64,000 nt of DNA from an uncultured Candidatus Poseidoniales archaeon (GTDB taxonomy: Archaea; Thermoplasmatota; Poseidoniia; Poseidoniales; Poseidoniaceae): NCBI GenBank assembly GCA_964412625.1, contig CAYPPO010000002.1, positions 9,497 through 73,496 on the forward strand. Reading direction: 5' to 3'. The notes beneath the pieces are model-generated. The model was not told the origin of the DNA. It saw only the letters and a program-made list of their open reading frames with translations, and did not search any database. Below, in pieces: positions 20,301-29,344 of the stretch; positions within the stretch are counted from its first letter, which is position 1, and each line of letters starts with the position of its first letter. The position numbers and the translations under genes are program-made.

Positions 20301-21047
20301 TGCAATATTCTTACCGTCTTCTGTTGGAATTCCATTTGCCGTAATTTGCCAACTATTGTTCTCGGGCCCAGCAGTATCGAATTCCGTAGGGTCGAAGTAA
20401 TCAGAACTTCCGCCTGCTGTGGTTGATGCGAAGAAATTCATATACCATTGATCGCCGGTGTGAAGTGGGAAATCGTTTTTCTCTTTTGGTGGAGAGTATA
20501 CAGTATCAAATGAAATTGTAGCTAGATTAGCACTCAAGAACCCTAGATTAAATGGTGCAAATTCGACATCTAAAGTAAAATCACTGTTTACGATTGCTAA
20601 ATCACGAACTCTGATTATATCTTCACCCGAGTATTCGATATCCAGTCGACCGTTTGCATCACCTACCGGTGTGTCTTCAATGTATGCACCATTGTTGCCC
20701 GAGGTGAACGAACCTGAAATATCCATTTTATAGACTAGAGTTTGAACATTATCGATATTTATGAAAAATATATCGGCAACAGTATACACTGTATCACCTG
20801 TTAGGGTGTTCAAGGTTGCAGAAACATTAGCTTGCTGGATAAGTTGTTGTACATCGAATTGGGTTTCGTAGGTATATTTGTCCCCAATTCGCCATGTGGG
20901 GACATCAGGCCAGCCATTCAGGGTACCAGATTCCTTGATTGAAATGTCTGCGAGAGTTTCATTGTCGCTTGAATCATTCAAATTCCCAAGCGGGGCAATG
21001 AACATAATCAAAATTAAAATCACCGCTAAACATCGCTGTTTAAACAT
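17313..21047 (-). CDS. Giant cell-surface protein A with cadherin-like repeats, C-terminal TM anchor and cytoplasmic Pro/Gln-rich tail
   Basis: It has a signal peptide (MFKQRCLAVILILIMFIAPLG). Repeated NxxNxAP motifs (VNVLNAAPALA, NISNVAPTIET, SVINSAPRAKI) and TDDDGA motifs are typical of cadherin-like Ca-binding repeats. The TM helix LVIGILAVVVIGLAAFLFF is followed by a 36-nt tandem repeat (DPYAAYNPQxQV) and the motif GLPEGWTMEQWQHYG. Confidence 0.7.
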   Translation of the reverse strand: MFKQRCLAVILILIMFIAPLGNLNDSSDNETLADISIKESGTLNGWPDVPTWRIGDKYTYETQFDVQQLIQQANVSATLNTLTGDTVYTVADIFFINIDNVQTLVYKMDISGSFTSGNNGAYIEDTPVGDANGRLDIEYSGEDIIRVRDLAIVNSDFTLDVEFAPFNLGFLSANLATISFDTVYSPPKEKNDFPLHTGDQWYMNFFASTTAGGSSDYFDPTEFDTAGPENNSWQITANGIPTEDGKNIAYGGCDDSYKINEWNQTGVSQGFTWYCPDIRYNSWMRVSNAAGFTIDWLLKRYEPVDSSGVNPTSNPGTRDLEIDIGLQGIATLPNAEQTISIDYSGPAGAQTNTNLQLRYELAETLLNPTTDTNGQATAIFNSSDVVDTTNSSDDYSSNGLIVWDPQAEIIGAATIVVDLSLTPVDLIAQSEAIIVTRTRDGVEATLTKSIGYNALPGDLLSFSIPTQNRGLLSSPATTIEVTTPTGTVISEPLPSIPSYGEARIDVEWTVPQNEPIGLQNLLIEVDPDELVTEDSNRTNNLASVEVFVGRTPTAEVTVTDGVFTRENVTIDASASYDEDGGDVTCRFTVTWRLPDGVENYDAENCIINYNWSDDGIWNVMITVIDDELDTDVIDVTATVLNRAPIVDLVVPESIEVNQFFTADASGSSDNDTKRPEEQSPVDITWPGLVCFDGDNEGTTCRILAGEEGPMVITAVATDDDGAQTSISKTVNVLNAAPALAQPELWKAGQNQSTDSLGYWNLNEDETVILRAVADDTPLDKDSLIIEWMPSDRDENWTITTVGPSSQTTVSWATSGLHTLTVVAYDNDNVKSEIRTGIVNISNVAPTIETTGSTQPIFEDNNITFTADVTDTASDIDNLEICWDLDSLSDADEDGVADNDCDISGLEMTASWPTTGTRWITATVTDDDGASDSTSLNVSVINSAPRAKITNSTDVLALNEGDNLTLSGITTTDTAFDKTSLIYAWDSNHIDSDLDGETTGDIDHYGAEWLISDLPSGTWLITLTATDDDGASSTTEIEIVVKAKPADGFLESITNAFGGVGTLVIGILAVVVIGLAAFLFFTRKSGNSSNKYSDFSLPSSSASQFTEPIAIPSADAGFGLYQQDSTQPDPYAAYNPQPQVDPYAAYNPQAQVSTQSDAYSTFSPTPQPVAQPSVNPQPVPVTNQGPPLPATGLPEGWTMEQWQHYGAQYIAAQTPNIAQNQPIIRDTTTQSASNSLNDILDDLDL
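17596..17670 (-). repeat. Two tandem copies of a ~36-nt coding repeat (DPYAAYNPQ[PA]QV) in the tail of surface protein A
   Basis: It is seen both in the DNA (gggttataggcagcatatgggtctacttgtggctg / tggattgtaggctgcatagggatctggttgtg) and in the translation. Confidence 0.5.
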
Positions 21048-21092
21048 GGTTGGGCGACGAAGTCCTATTACTTGAGAGACTCGATTTTTTGA

Positions 21093-24000
21093 CTACTTCT
21101 GAGTCTTCAACCATTCATATCCATAATAGTTCCATTGTTCCATTGTCCAGCCGTCAGGAAGACCGCCTTCCGGTAGTTTTGGCGCAGCGAGTAGTTCATC
21201 GATTGATATTTCATCTGCATCGACAATGTTTGTTGATGATTGTAAGGCTTGATCGAATATAAATCCGGGAGGCGGAGCGCCGGGTTTGCGTGTTTGAGAA
21301 TCTAATTTTCCTTCCCGATCAAACACCTTGTCAAGTTCATCGCTTTCCCAACTCTTAATTTTTGCATTCTTACTTCTTCTTCGACCAACTAACACGAGGA
21401 GTAGAATCACAATCAAAGCAACTGCTAACTGAGCGATAGGATTAGCCTCTTCACCAGCGAGTAATGCACCTGTATCTTGTAAAATAGTTCGGTCTGCAGG
21501 TCCGACATTAACAACTAGTTCCTTTGCTCCTGGTTTCTCCGGGTTCTCATCCCAAACCATGGCCTTGATCGTGATTTTCCCTGCTTCTTTGAAGATATGC
21601 TCAACTCTAGCCCCAATTAAGTCTGCATCATTATCTTTGATTCCATCGCCATTGCTATCGAAATTAACATCAGTGTCCCATGCATAGTTCAGTCCATCAA
21701 GATCGTTGAGCGAGTCAATGGTCGAACGTGCATCGAGAGTACAAGTCTCATATGCTCGGCAATCAACAGAATTTAACCTAACAATTGGTGGTATGTTTAC
21801 CACTTCTACAACAACGATTTCACTGGTCGTCGCACCATCGTCGTCAGTTACGTGATAGACTACTGTGTGTGAGCCACTTCGATTCCACGCGTAAGTGAAC
21901 ACATCTCCGGTTATGTCACAATCATCACTCGCACCACCAACACCGTCACTATCTATTCCCGGGTCAACATCCCAGCACTTGACCAGTGTCGGGATATCGC
22001 TTTTTGTGTCGGTTGAATTGCCATTGATGGTAATCGATTGCCCTTCAGCGATTGGCAAAACAGAATCTAATGGTTGCACTACTGGCGGTACATTGCGAAT
22101 GTTAACCCAACGCTCATTGGTCACGCTCGTCGCCCCATCATCGTCGGTTACATCAAGGCGGATTGTATGTAGCCCCGACGTTTCCCAATCCATTTCAAAT
22201 TCAGTAACCCTACCAGTAAAGAAGTAAATCAAGTTGTTTTGTCGGTTATCTGGCCACCAAGTGTGAGATAATTGTTCGATATCGTCCACTGAGTCTTCAG
22301 CCTGTCCCTTGATGGTAACAATCTGATCCTCATCAAGTTGCCAAATCTGTTGTTCATCCGCTTCAATAATCGCCCCGTTATCGTACAGGTTGATTATCGT
22401 ACTATGGGGGACGATATTGGTAAACAAGATATCGATGGTTGCTTCAGTCTGTGCTAAGTCATCGTCCACTCCTACGGCTGTGAAGGTATGATATCCTTCA
22501 GTTGGCGCGGTAGTTGTGCAGGTTTTGGTATAGTATCCTTCCATACATTGGGCATCAGGCCAGTATACATCGACAACACCTGGGAAGGGGTCTTCAGAAT
22601 CAGTATCATTGCCAAACGCATACAGGGTGATTGGGTGTTCGACTCTAGCCTCGCTCCGCATGCTTCTAATCTCCAATAGCGGAGCCCGATTTGTGATGTT
22701 TGCATACATAATCTGCTCAACTTCATCCCGCTCTTCGTCAACGATCGTGACTGCTATGGGGTAATTTCCATCATCAATCCAAGTCCAATTGGTTTGACAA
22801 CTCATTGATACAACTTTGATGTAAGCCCAAGAGCGACTACCATCATCGTAGGGAATATTGAAGATACACGAAACGTTTCCACCATCTTCATCAAAACTTG
22901 AACTAGCATCGATAAAAACTTCTACTTTCGTTTGGTCAGTCACATGGTTGATTACCGGCGTGGGTAACCTACCAACGAATAATTCAATGATGGCAAAATC
23001 ATTGTTTGGGTTGGCATCGGCAGAATTTAGTTCGTCTGGATCGGCTTCCCAAGATATTGGAATGTTACCAATTGCTTGATTTTCGGGCACGTTCCAAGTA
23101 AAATTTGTTTTATAAATTTCATACGTCGACAAAGAAGGAACTGGCAAATTAAAACTGTTGCCACTTGGGGGATAAATTCGCAAATCGGTAGCAATACTAC
23201 TGGAAATTCCGTTATTCTGAATTGAAACCTCGACAATTAATTGATCTCCTGGTAGCACATTGTAACCAGACAACGCATTTAATTGCTTCAAATCACCATC
23301 ACGATTTCTAGTGATTATTGCCCGTTCAGCATCGGCAAATAAATCCAACACGACAAGGTCATCATCAAGAGTAATTGTTTTCGCTCCTACTAGATTGCCG
23401 CTGATGGTTTTGGCAACTAAACCATGGCTCGCCCAGTCTGTTGATGTGGTTGAGCCATCTTCCAGATTGCCGATATTCAATGTTGTCCATGCGCTGCCAT
23501 TAGCGGCAGTGGTAAGAGATTGAACTTCTCCAGTTGCTTCATGGCGCAGTTCCAATGAAACGCCGCTTGTACTGCTAAGACAACCACTAGCCGAGGATGC
23601 ATTTACCCATACATCAATTGGCGTATCTAACGCAGTTACGTCATTTTTAGTGTCAATCGTTAAGCAGTCATCACGGATTCCAGGGTCGTTGTAAATATTG
23701 ACTCCCGAGGAATCTTTAGGCATGTATTCTTTAAGTCTAAAATCAATAGTTAGTCCGACATCTTCCTCAGTATGCTTCCAAGCAAAATTACGAGCTTCTG
23801 GGCAATACCATGTGTATCCTGCCTCATCTCCGTCTGAATTGAAGGTTGTTATCTCATAGGAATTGTCACACCCTCCATAGTTAATCGATTGGCCGAAGTC
23901 ATTGGTTGGTATGCCTACATTAGTAACCTCATACGTCGAGGTGTTGGTATCGGTCGTCGGTGGGGGAAATGGGGTTATGTAGTCACTGGAACCAGACCAT

Positions 24001-24647
24001 TGTGAGGTTGAAGTTACAGTCGTCGCCCACCTATCACCATCTCTCAACGGGAAATCATAGTTTTCACTTGGTGGCGTGTAGGTATTTGAGATGGTTATAT
24101 CTCCAACAGTCTGCTTCAAGAAACTAATACCACTTGGCGTAAATTCGATGAATAGGTCCAAATCACTACTGAGTGACGCCAAATCACTAACTCGTAGAAC
24201 TTCAGTCTGAGTGAACTCAATCTCTGCGACACCGGTAAATGCGTCAAGGGAGACTCCAGATTTATCAAAATTAGCCGTGGTTCTAATCGTGTATACCAAA
24301 GTTGGTGTACCACCCACATTTTGTTCGGTAATCGACAGGACTTCTGTTATTGAATCTCCATTTATTTCACCAACGTTTGCTTCAACCCCCGAGTCAATAA
24401 CTAGTTGTGTCGGGTCAAAAGTTCCAGCATACTTCCATTTATCTCCAACGCGCCATACAGGTACATCGACAGTATTAGCCGTTGATTTTGCATTACTTTC
24501 AAAGTATTCGTAATCATCGAGTTGTTGAGGTGTTTCGTAGAAAATTGTGGTCGATATGAGCATGATGAAAATCAAAGCCAGTGCTTTGATTTGCCGACGG
24601 GCAATGCTCCGCATGCAGCAGGGACACACTACATAGGCAATGAACAC
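21093..24647 (-). CDS. Giant cell-surface protein B, paralogue of A (cadherin-like repeats, TM anchor, conserved cytoplasmic tail)
   Basis: The N-terminal domain is collinear with A (VWRVGDKWKY vs TWRIGDKYTY; YGGCDNSY vs YGGCDDSY; GYTWYCPE vs GFTWYCPD). It has NITNRAPLLE / NIRNVPPVV repeat-boundary motifs. The TM helix is AVALIVILLLVLVG. The C-terminus LPEGGLPDGWTMEQWNYYGYEWL matches the A tail. Confidence 0.7.
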   Translation of the reverse strand: MFIAYVVCPCCMRSIARRQIKALALIFIMLISTTIFYETPQQLDDYEYFESNAKSTANTVDVPVWRVGDKWKYAGTFDPTQLVIDSGVEANVGEINGDSITEVLSITEQNVGGTPTLVYTIRTTANFDKSGVSLDAFTGVAEIEFTQTEVLRVSDLASLSSDLDLFIEFTPSGISFLKQTVGDITISNTYTPPSENYDFPLRDGDRWATTVTSTSQWSGSSDYITPFPPPTTDTNTSTYEVTNVGIPTNDFGQSINYGGCDNSYEITTFNSDGDEAGYTWYCPEARNFAWKHTEEDVGLTIDFRLKEYMPKDSSGVNIYNDPGIRDDCLTIDTKNDVTALDTPIDVWVNASSASGCLSSTSGVSLELRHEATGEVQSLTTAANGSAWTTLNIGNLEDGSTTSTDWASHGLVAKTISGNLVGAKTITLDDDLVVLDLFADAERAIITRNRDGDLKQLNALSGYNVLPGDQLIVEVSIQNNGISSSIATDLRIYPPSGNSFNLPVPSLSTYEIYKTNFTWNVPENQAIGNIPISWEADPDELNSADANPNNDFAIIELFVGRLPTPVINHVTDQTKVEVFIDASSSFDEDGGNVSCIFNIPYDDGSRSWAYIKVVSMSCQTNWTWIDDGNYPIAVTIVDEERDEVEQIMYANITNRAPLLEIRSMRSEARVEHPITLYAFGNDTDSEDPFPGVVDVYWPDAQCMEGYYTKTCTTTAPTEGYHTFTAVGVDDDLAQTEATIDILFTNIVPHSTIINLYDNGAIIEADEQQIWQLDEDQIVTIKGQAEDSVDDIEQLSHTWWPDNRQNNLIYFFTGRVTEFEMDWETSGLHTIRLDVTDDDGATSVTNERWVNIRNVPPVVQPLDSVLPIAEGQSITINGNSTDTKSDIPTLVKCWDVDPGIDSDGVGGASDDCDITGDVFTYAWNRSGSHTVVYHVTDDDGATTSEIVVVEVVNIPPIVRLNSVDCRAYETCTLDARSTIDSLNDLDGLNYAWDTDVNFDSNGDGIKDNDADLIGARVEHIFKEAGKITIKAMVWDENPEKPGAKELVVNVGPADRTILQDTGALLAGEEANPIAQLAVALIVILLLVLVGRRRSKNAKIKSWESDELDKVFDREGKLDSQTRKPGAPPPGFIFDQALQSSTNIVDADEISIDELLAAPKLPEGGLPDGWTMEQWNYYGYEWLKTQK

Positions 24648-24681
24648 TTCTCCTGTTGGAAAAGCCGGGATTAGGTCAATC

Positions 24682-25296
24682 TCACAGCAAGTCTGCTAAC
24701 TCATCCTTGATGATTTCTACAGCCTCGAGAATCTCATCTTTGTGTCGAGCGCCGGTTATTACCATCTTACCACTGCCGAAAATCAGACAGACAACCTTAG
24801 GGTAGTCAAGTCGATAAATTAGGCCTGGGAATTGCTCTGGCTCATATTCTACCTTGTCAAAAGGTAGGTGGAAGGTGAGGTTGTTTAGGTTCAACTTCCT
24901 CGGGACTCCTGCCAAGGGTTCTCCAGTGAACTTGTCGTTGCCATCATAGTCTTCAGGGTAGTGAAGGGCATAGGTTGCGACCATGTTTTGAACTTCAATT
25001 TCAACATCAGCGAGATCCCATGTCTTTATTCCAGCACCACGTAGGTCGGAAATCATTCTGTCAATTCCGGTGTGTATGTTGTCCTCATCCTTTCCGCCGG
25101 TACATACCGCTCTTCCTGAGCGGAACATAAGAATGGCCAACTTTGGGTCTGTTACCCGGTAGACAACTCCAGGGAATTGTTCTGGTTCATATTCACAGTT
25201 TAGCTGAATTGCGATATCAGGCAAATCGAGTTCCTCTGCGACTCTTGTGCTTGCGACTACATTTACTACAGTTAGACGTTCTTCATCAGTTGTCAT
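24682..25296 (-). CDS. tbp: TATA-box-binding protein
   Basis: Two direct repeats of the TBP fold (EYEPEQFPGVVYR... / EYEPEQFPGLIYR...) are unmistakable for archaeal TBP. It is 204 aa. Confidence 0.9.
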   Translation of the reverse strand: MTTDEERLTVVNVVASTRVAEELDLPDIAIQLNCEYEPEQFPGVVYRVTDPKLAILMFRSGRAVCTGGKDEDNIHTGIDRMISDLRGAGIKTWDLADVEIEVQNMVATYALHYPEDYDGNDKFTGEPLAGVPRKLNLNNLTFHLPFDKVEYEPEQFPGLIYRLDYPKVVCLIFGSGKMVITGARHKDEILEAVEIIKDELADLL

Positions 25297-25319
25297 ATTT
25301 ATAAGCGACTTATAAGAGG

Positions 25320-25327
25320 TATATAAA
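25320..25327 (-). promoter_or_regulatory. Candidate TATA box (minus-strand TTTATATA) ~24-31 nt upstream of the tbp start codon
   Basis: An AT-rich octamer sits at the archaeal -26/-27 position relative to a probable leaderless start at 25296. Confidence 0.4.
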
Positions 25328-25366
25328 GGACAGCATTTCCCCTAAGCAGATAAATGGCCCTCAGTG

Positions 25367-26530
25367 TCAACTTCTTGACCAGAAGGTCTGGTCGCTCAAT
25401 TTTTCGACCCTCAACCCCAGACTTCCTAATTTTGAGATATAGGTTCGGCCACCAGCAAGTTCGATTGCATCGCTGGTTAATTTGGGATTTCTTGTCAGTG
25501 CGATCATACAACCACCGCCGCCAGCGCCGGTTAATTTTGCGCCCAAACAAGTAGGAGCTGCCGCCTTTATCAAGACATCAAGTTGAGGGTGAGATACACC
25601 AATGCTCTTGAGCATTATTTGATTCTCAGTCATTGCTCGGCCGACGGCTTCATAATCACCAACCATCAAGGCATCAATACCGCGTTGAGCAATTTTGCCG
25701 ATGGTCTCTATCTCCTCCATTCGATCCGGAGTTAATTCCAACATTTGTGCTACTTTTGCCACTTGCTTTCCGGTTGGAGCATTGATTCCAGTGTTTCCTA
25801 TCACCAAGTATATATCATCAGGAACGATACCTAGTTCTAATTCGTGAATGTGCCAGAATCTTTCGCTATCTGGCATTTTTAGACTCCTTTTGTATAGGTA
25901 AGTCAAATCATTTTGAACTTGATTGGATATTACAATAACTCCGCCATGGGAACACGTTGAAGAATCTATTGGAGATGCTCGGCCGTTTTGTGCAGCAGCC
26001 TCAACGCTATGGGCCAGTATGGCATTTTCATCAGTGTCAACAGATTCTTCGCCGGTAAGGAGGAACATTTTGTCCTGCTCGATTGTTGAGAAAAATCCCC
26101 CTGATTTTCCATAAGCATCACTTGCTGTGATTAGTGAGCCGAAGCCTTCAGCCCACCTATTTTGGCCAACGGTTTCTGCATGTGTGACCCATCTGCCTCT
26201 AGCACCTCTTAATGCGGCTGCTAAGGCTACTGAGAGGGCAGCTGAAGACCCAAGACCTGAGGAACGCGGAATATTCCCTTCGATGTGAATTGATAGGGGA
26301 GGTGCACCTTGGTCAACTGGCCACAGTTTTTCGATTAAGCCCTTGATATGGGGATTTCTTTTCATGTTTAATTTGCCACCATCAAGTAACCACATGCCAC
26401 TTGCTGATGGTTGAATTTTTATCGAAATTCGTTGATCAATTGCCACAGCAACAGCCGGGTGTCCATAGACTACAGCATGCTCACCAAAGAGAATACATTT
26501 CCCGGGAGCACTTGTGATAATCGCCGTCAT
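25367..26530 (-). CDS. mvk: Mevalonate kinase (GHMP kinase family)
   Basis: It has the N-terminal APGKCILFGEHAVVYG and the GHMP ATP-binding loop PRSSGLGSSAALSVA. The length of 387 aa fits. Confidence 0.8.
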   Translation of the reverse strand: MTAIITSAPGKCILFGEHAVVYGHPAVAVAIDQRISIKIQPSASGMWLLDGGKLNMKRNPHIKGLIEKLWPVDQGAPPLSIHIEGNIPRSSGLGSSAALSVALAAALRGARGRWVTHAETVGQNRWAEGFGSLITASDAYGKSGGFFSTIEQDKMFLLTGEESVDTDENAILAHSVEAAAQNGRASPIDSSTCSHGGVIVISNQVQNDLTYLYKRSLKMPDSERFWHIHELELGIVPDDIYLVIGNTGINAPTGKQVAKVAQMLELTPDRMEEIETIGKIAQRGIDALMVGDYEAVGRAMTENQIMLKSIGVSHPQLDVLIKAAAPTCLGAKLTGAGGGGCMIALTRNPKLTSDAIELAGGRTYISKLGSLGLRVEKLSDQTFWSRS

Positions 26531-26651
26531 GAAACCCCTCCAGTCTTGCTGCTAATGTGTCATCCTCATAATGTTGTTTTATTTGTGCTTTGATACGGTG
26601 ACTTCAATAGTTGTCTCTTTATGGGGTTAACAACACAGGCAATGTGATATC

Positions 26652-28700
26652 ATGGAACACCCGTTACTGATGAACTATGGTCCAATACCCGGTTGGGCAA
26701 TACTTGCGGTGATAGGGGCAGTCTCGATTTCGTTTTTCACATATCAGGTTTGGAAAGCGACACGTTTGGTTATGCTTGGAAAATCGGATAATCGTTTCGA
26801 CAATTGGCCTGCTAGGGTAAAAGAAGTAGCAACCGGTTGGTTGGGGCAGAAAAAAGTACTTGAAGACAAAATCGCCGGTGGAATTCATGTTTTGATGTTC
26901 TGGGGATTCCTCATGCTTTCGACGGACATGTTTGACCTAGCAACGGCAAATTGGTTCTCTCACAGTTTCTTACCTGAGGTGATTAAAGGTCCTTGGAATC
27001 TGGTGGTAGAAACCGGTTATACCATTGCGTTTGTTGGATGTGTCGCAGCACTTACTCGCAGAGTAGTATTTACACCTGAGAAGTTGAAAGGTAAATCTCA
27101 GCTCGAAGGTAACGTAATCTTATTACTCATCATGACCATCACCTTAACCTCATTTTTCGTTGAGGCGGGTGAAGCAGGCGTCTCCCCGACTTACGAACCG
27201 ATTGGCGCTTGGGTTGCTGATAGCATCGTGCCCTCAACCAATGTTGTTGTCGGTGCTTACTGGGCTCACATGTTAGCCATTGCCACATTTATGTTCTTAA
27301 TTCCACTATCAAAACACATGCATTTGGTTATGGCATTCCCCAACGTATTCTTCCACGACATGCGACCAATGGCAACCATGGAGCCAATGCAGGTTGCTGA
27401 CAATGGTAAGGCAGTATTGCTTGATGACTTGGATGTTGAATCATTTGGTACTGCTAACTACGCTGATTTAACTTGGCGCAACTTGATAGATGGATGGGCT
27501 TGTACTTCATGTGCTAGGTGTCAGGATGTATGCCCAGCATACGCTTCAGGCAAAGCATTGAATCCCATGCAAATCATTCATGACGTAAGAAATTATGCGA
27601 ATGACAACTACTCCACATTGATGTCAGGTGAAACACCAGAGGAAGACATAATCGCTAGATTTGGCGAAGAATCAATCTGGGCGTGCACCACCTGTCATGC
27701 TTGCGTTGAAGCATGTCCAATCTATATCGACCACGTGCCAAAATTAACCGATGCTCGCCGCCATTTGATGATGGAGCGTATGGAATTTGATGAGAGGGTA
27801 GAGGACACTGTAATGCCACTCATGGCGACAATAGAGAATCTTGAATCTGATTCAAACCCATATGGATTACCATCGCACGAAAGAGGCGATTGGGCCGAAG
27901 GTCTTGATGTAAAAGTCGCTGAACCTGCTGAATACATTTACTTCGCTGGTTGTGCGGCATCTTTTGATGAGCGGAACAAAAAGGTTGCAAGAGATACTAT
28001 CAGCATCATGAAAGAAGCAGGGCTAGATGTCGGAATTCTTGGCATGCAGGAAGGTTGTACAGGGGATGCAGCACGACGAGCGGGTAATGAATACTTATTC
28101 CAAATGCTGGCAGAAACCAACCTATCGACATTTGAAGAAATTGGAGTTAAGAAAGTGGTAGCGTCTTGCCCACACTGTTTCCACACTCTTGGTAAGGAAT
28201 ACAAGGATTACGGTGGTGAAGATATCGAGGTCATGCATCACTCGCAACTAATCAACCATCTCCAACTAGAGGGCAAGTTGCCAGATCCCGAGCATGACGG
28301 TTCAGTGACCTATCATGACCCTTGTTATTTAGGTAGAATCGGCGGTGAACTAGACGCGCCAAGAAACGCCATTGGGGGCGTAAATGTCGAACCGGAGAGA
28401 AGTGGTAAATCCTCATTCTGTTGCGGTGCTGGCGGTGCTCAAATGTGGATGGAAGAACATGTTGACGAAGGATACGACCGGGTTAACATCATTCGTTCGA
28501 AAGAACTTGCAGAAACCGGTGCTGAAACCGTTGCAGTTGGCTGTCCATTCTGTTCAACAATGATCACTGATGGCTTGTCGGCAATTGGCTCAGAGATGGA
28601 AGTCAAGGATATTGCTGAAATTGTCTGGGAGCAGATCAAAGCAAATGATGTCGCAATTGTCGCCAAAAAGGAAGAAGTTGCTGGAACCGCAGAAGCTTGA
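26652..28700 (+). CDS. Membrane-bound Fe-S oxidoreductase: N-terminal cytochrome-b-like (HdrE/NarI-like) domain fused to a 2x[4Fe-4S] + two CCG-domain HdrD/GlpC-like module
   Basis: The N-terminal ~230 aa has ~5 TM helices with conserved His residues. It is followed by CTSCARCQDVCP and CTTCHACVEACP ferredoxin motifs. Cys-rich CCG-type segments follow (GCAASFDE, CPHCFHTLGK, DPCYLGR, FCCGAGGAQ). Confidence 0.65.
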   Translation: MEHPLLMNYGPIPGWAILAVIGAVSISFFTYQVWKATRLVMLGKSDNRFDNWPARVKEVATGWLGQKKVLEDKIAGGIHVLMFWGFLMLSTDMFDLATANWFSHSFLPEVIKGPWNLVVETGYTIAFVGCVAALTRRVVFTPEKLKGKSQLEGNVILLLIMTITLTSFFVEAGEAGVSPTYEPIGAWVADSIVPSTNVVVGAYWAHMLAIATFMFLIPLSKHMHLVMAFPNVFFHDMRPMATMEPMQVADNGKAVLLDDLDVESFGTANYADLTWRNLIDGWACTSCARCQDVCPAYASGKALNPMQIIHDVRNYANDNYSTLMSGETPEEDIIARFGEESIWACTTCHACVEACPIYIDHVPKLTDARRHLMMERMEFDERVEDTVMPLMATIENLESDSNPYGLPSHERGDWAEGLDVKVAEPAEYIYFAGCAASFDERNKKVARDTISIMKEAGLDVGILGMQEGCTGDAARRAGNEYLFQMLAETNLSTFEEIGVKKVVASCPHCFHTLGKEYKDYGGEDIEVMHHSQLINHLQLEGKLPDPEHDGSVTYHDPCYLGRIGGELDAPRNAIGGVNVEPERSGKSSFCCGAGGAQMWMEEHVDEGYDRVNIIRSKELAETGAETVAVGCPFCSTMITDGLSAIGSEMEVKDIAEIVWEQIKANDVAIVAKKEEVAGTAEA

Positions 28701-29344
28701 TTCACATGCGTCTACTAGTTGTTGACTTATTGGCTGAAAGGAAAGCCTTTGGAAAGGAAGGAGTTAGAGAAATAATAACTCACTTCGATGACCCTGAAGT
28801 ATTTCTTTGGTCGCCGCACACCACCGAAAGAACCGATTATGGTTTTGGAACAGTTGTCTCTAGTCCAGTTGAGTGTGACTATATTGCAATAACTGGTTCA
28901 CGGCGAAACGTAAGCTCTTGGGAGCCATGGATGGATGAGGTGGCAGAATTAATTCAAACCGCTGATGTACCGATTATTGGCATCTGCTTCGGCCACCAGA
29001 TTATCGCTGCAGCCCTCGGAGGTCGAGTTGAACGAGCAGATGAAGGCAGTCATTTTGTTTCATCAGTAAAATACACCGATGGGACTTCGGTGGATGCGGT
29101 ATTTACTCACCAAGATCACGTCACTGATGCTGGTGAATTGGAGGTAATTGGCTCAGCAGAACATTGCGCGATAGCCGCGTGTCAGCATCCCACAAGACCA
29201 ATAAGAACAGTTCAATATCATCCCGAGGCAACCTCAAGGATTTTGTCTGAAGCATTGAGACTTGGCGATATGACTAAAGCAGAAGCCGAGGTATTCGATA
29301 TGACAAAGGATTTAATCAATGTTAAAGATTCACTCCTCACATAA
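28697..29344 (+). CDS. Class I glutamine amidotransferase-like domain protein
   Basis: It has the GICFGHQ nucleophile-elbow Cys and downstream His/Glu. Its start overlaps the upstream stop (ATGA), which suggests co-translation with the Fe-S oxidoreductase. Confidence 0.55.
   Translation: MIHMRLLVVDLLAERKAFGKEGVREIITHFDDPEVFLWSPHTTERTDYGFGTVVSSPVECDYIAITGSRRNVSSWEPWMDEVAELIQTADVPIIGICFGHQIIAAALGGRVERADEGSHFVSSVKYTDGTSVDAVFTHQDHVTDAGELEVIGSAEHCAIAACQHPTRPIRTVQYHPEATSRILSEALRLGDMTKAEAEVFDMTKDLINVKDSLLT

Noticed and set aside
25299-25554. Two overlapping 66-83-aa ORFs between tbp and mvk
   Set aside because: They overlap the 3' end of mevalonate kinase and the AT-rich tbp promoter. They are basic and low-complexity. 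They are better explained as non-coding promoter DNA plus alternative frames.
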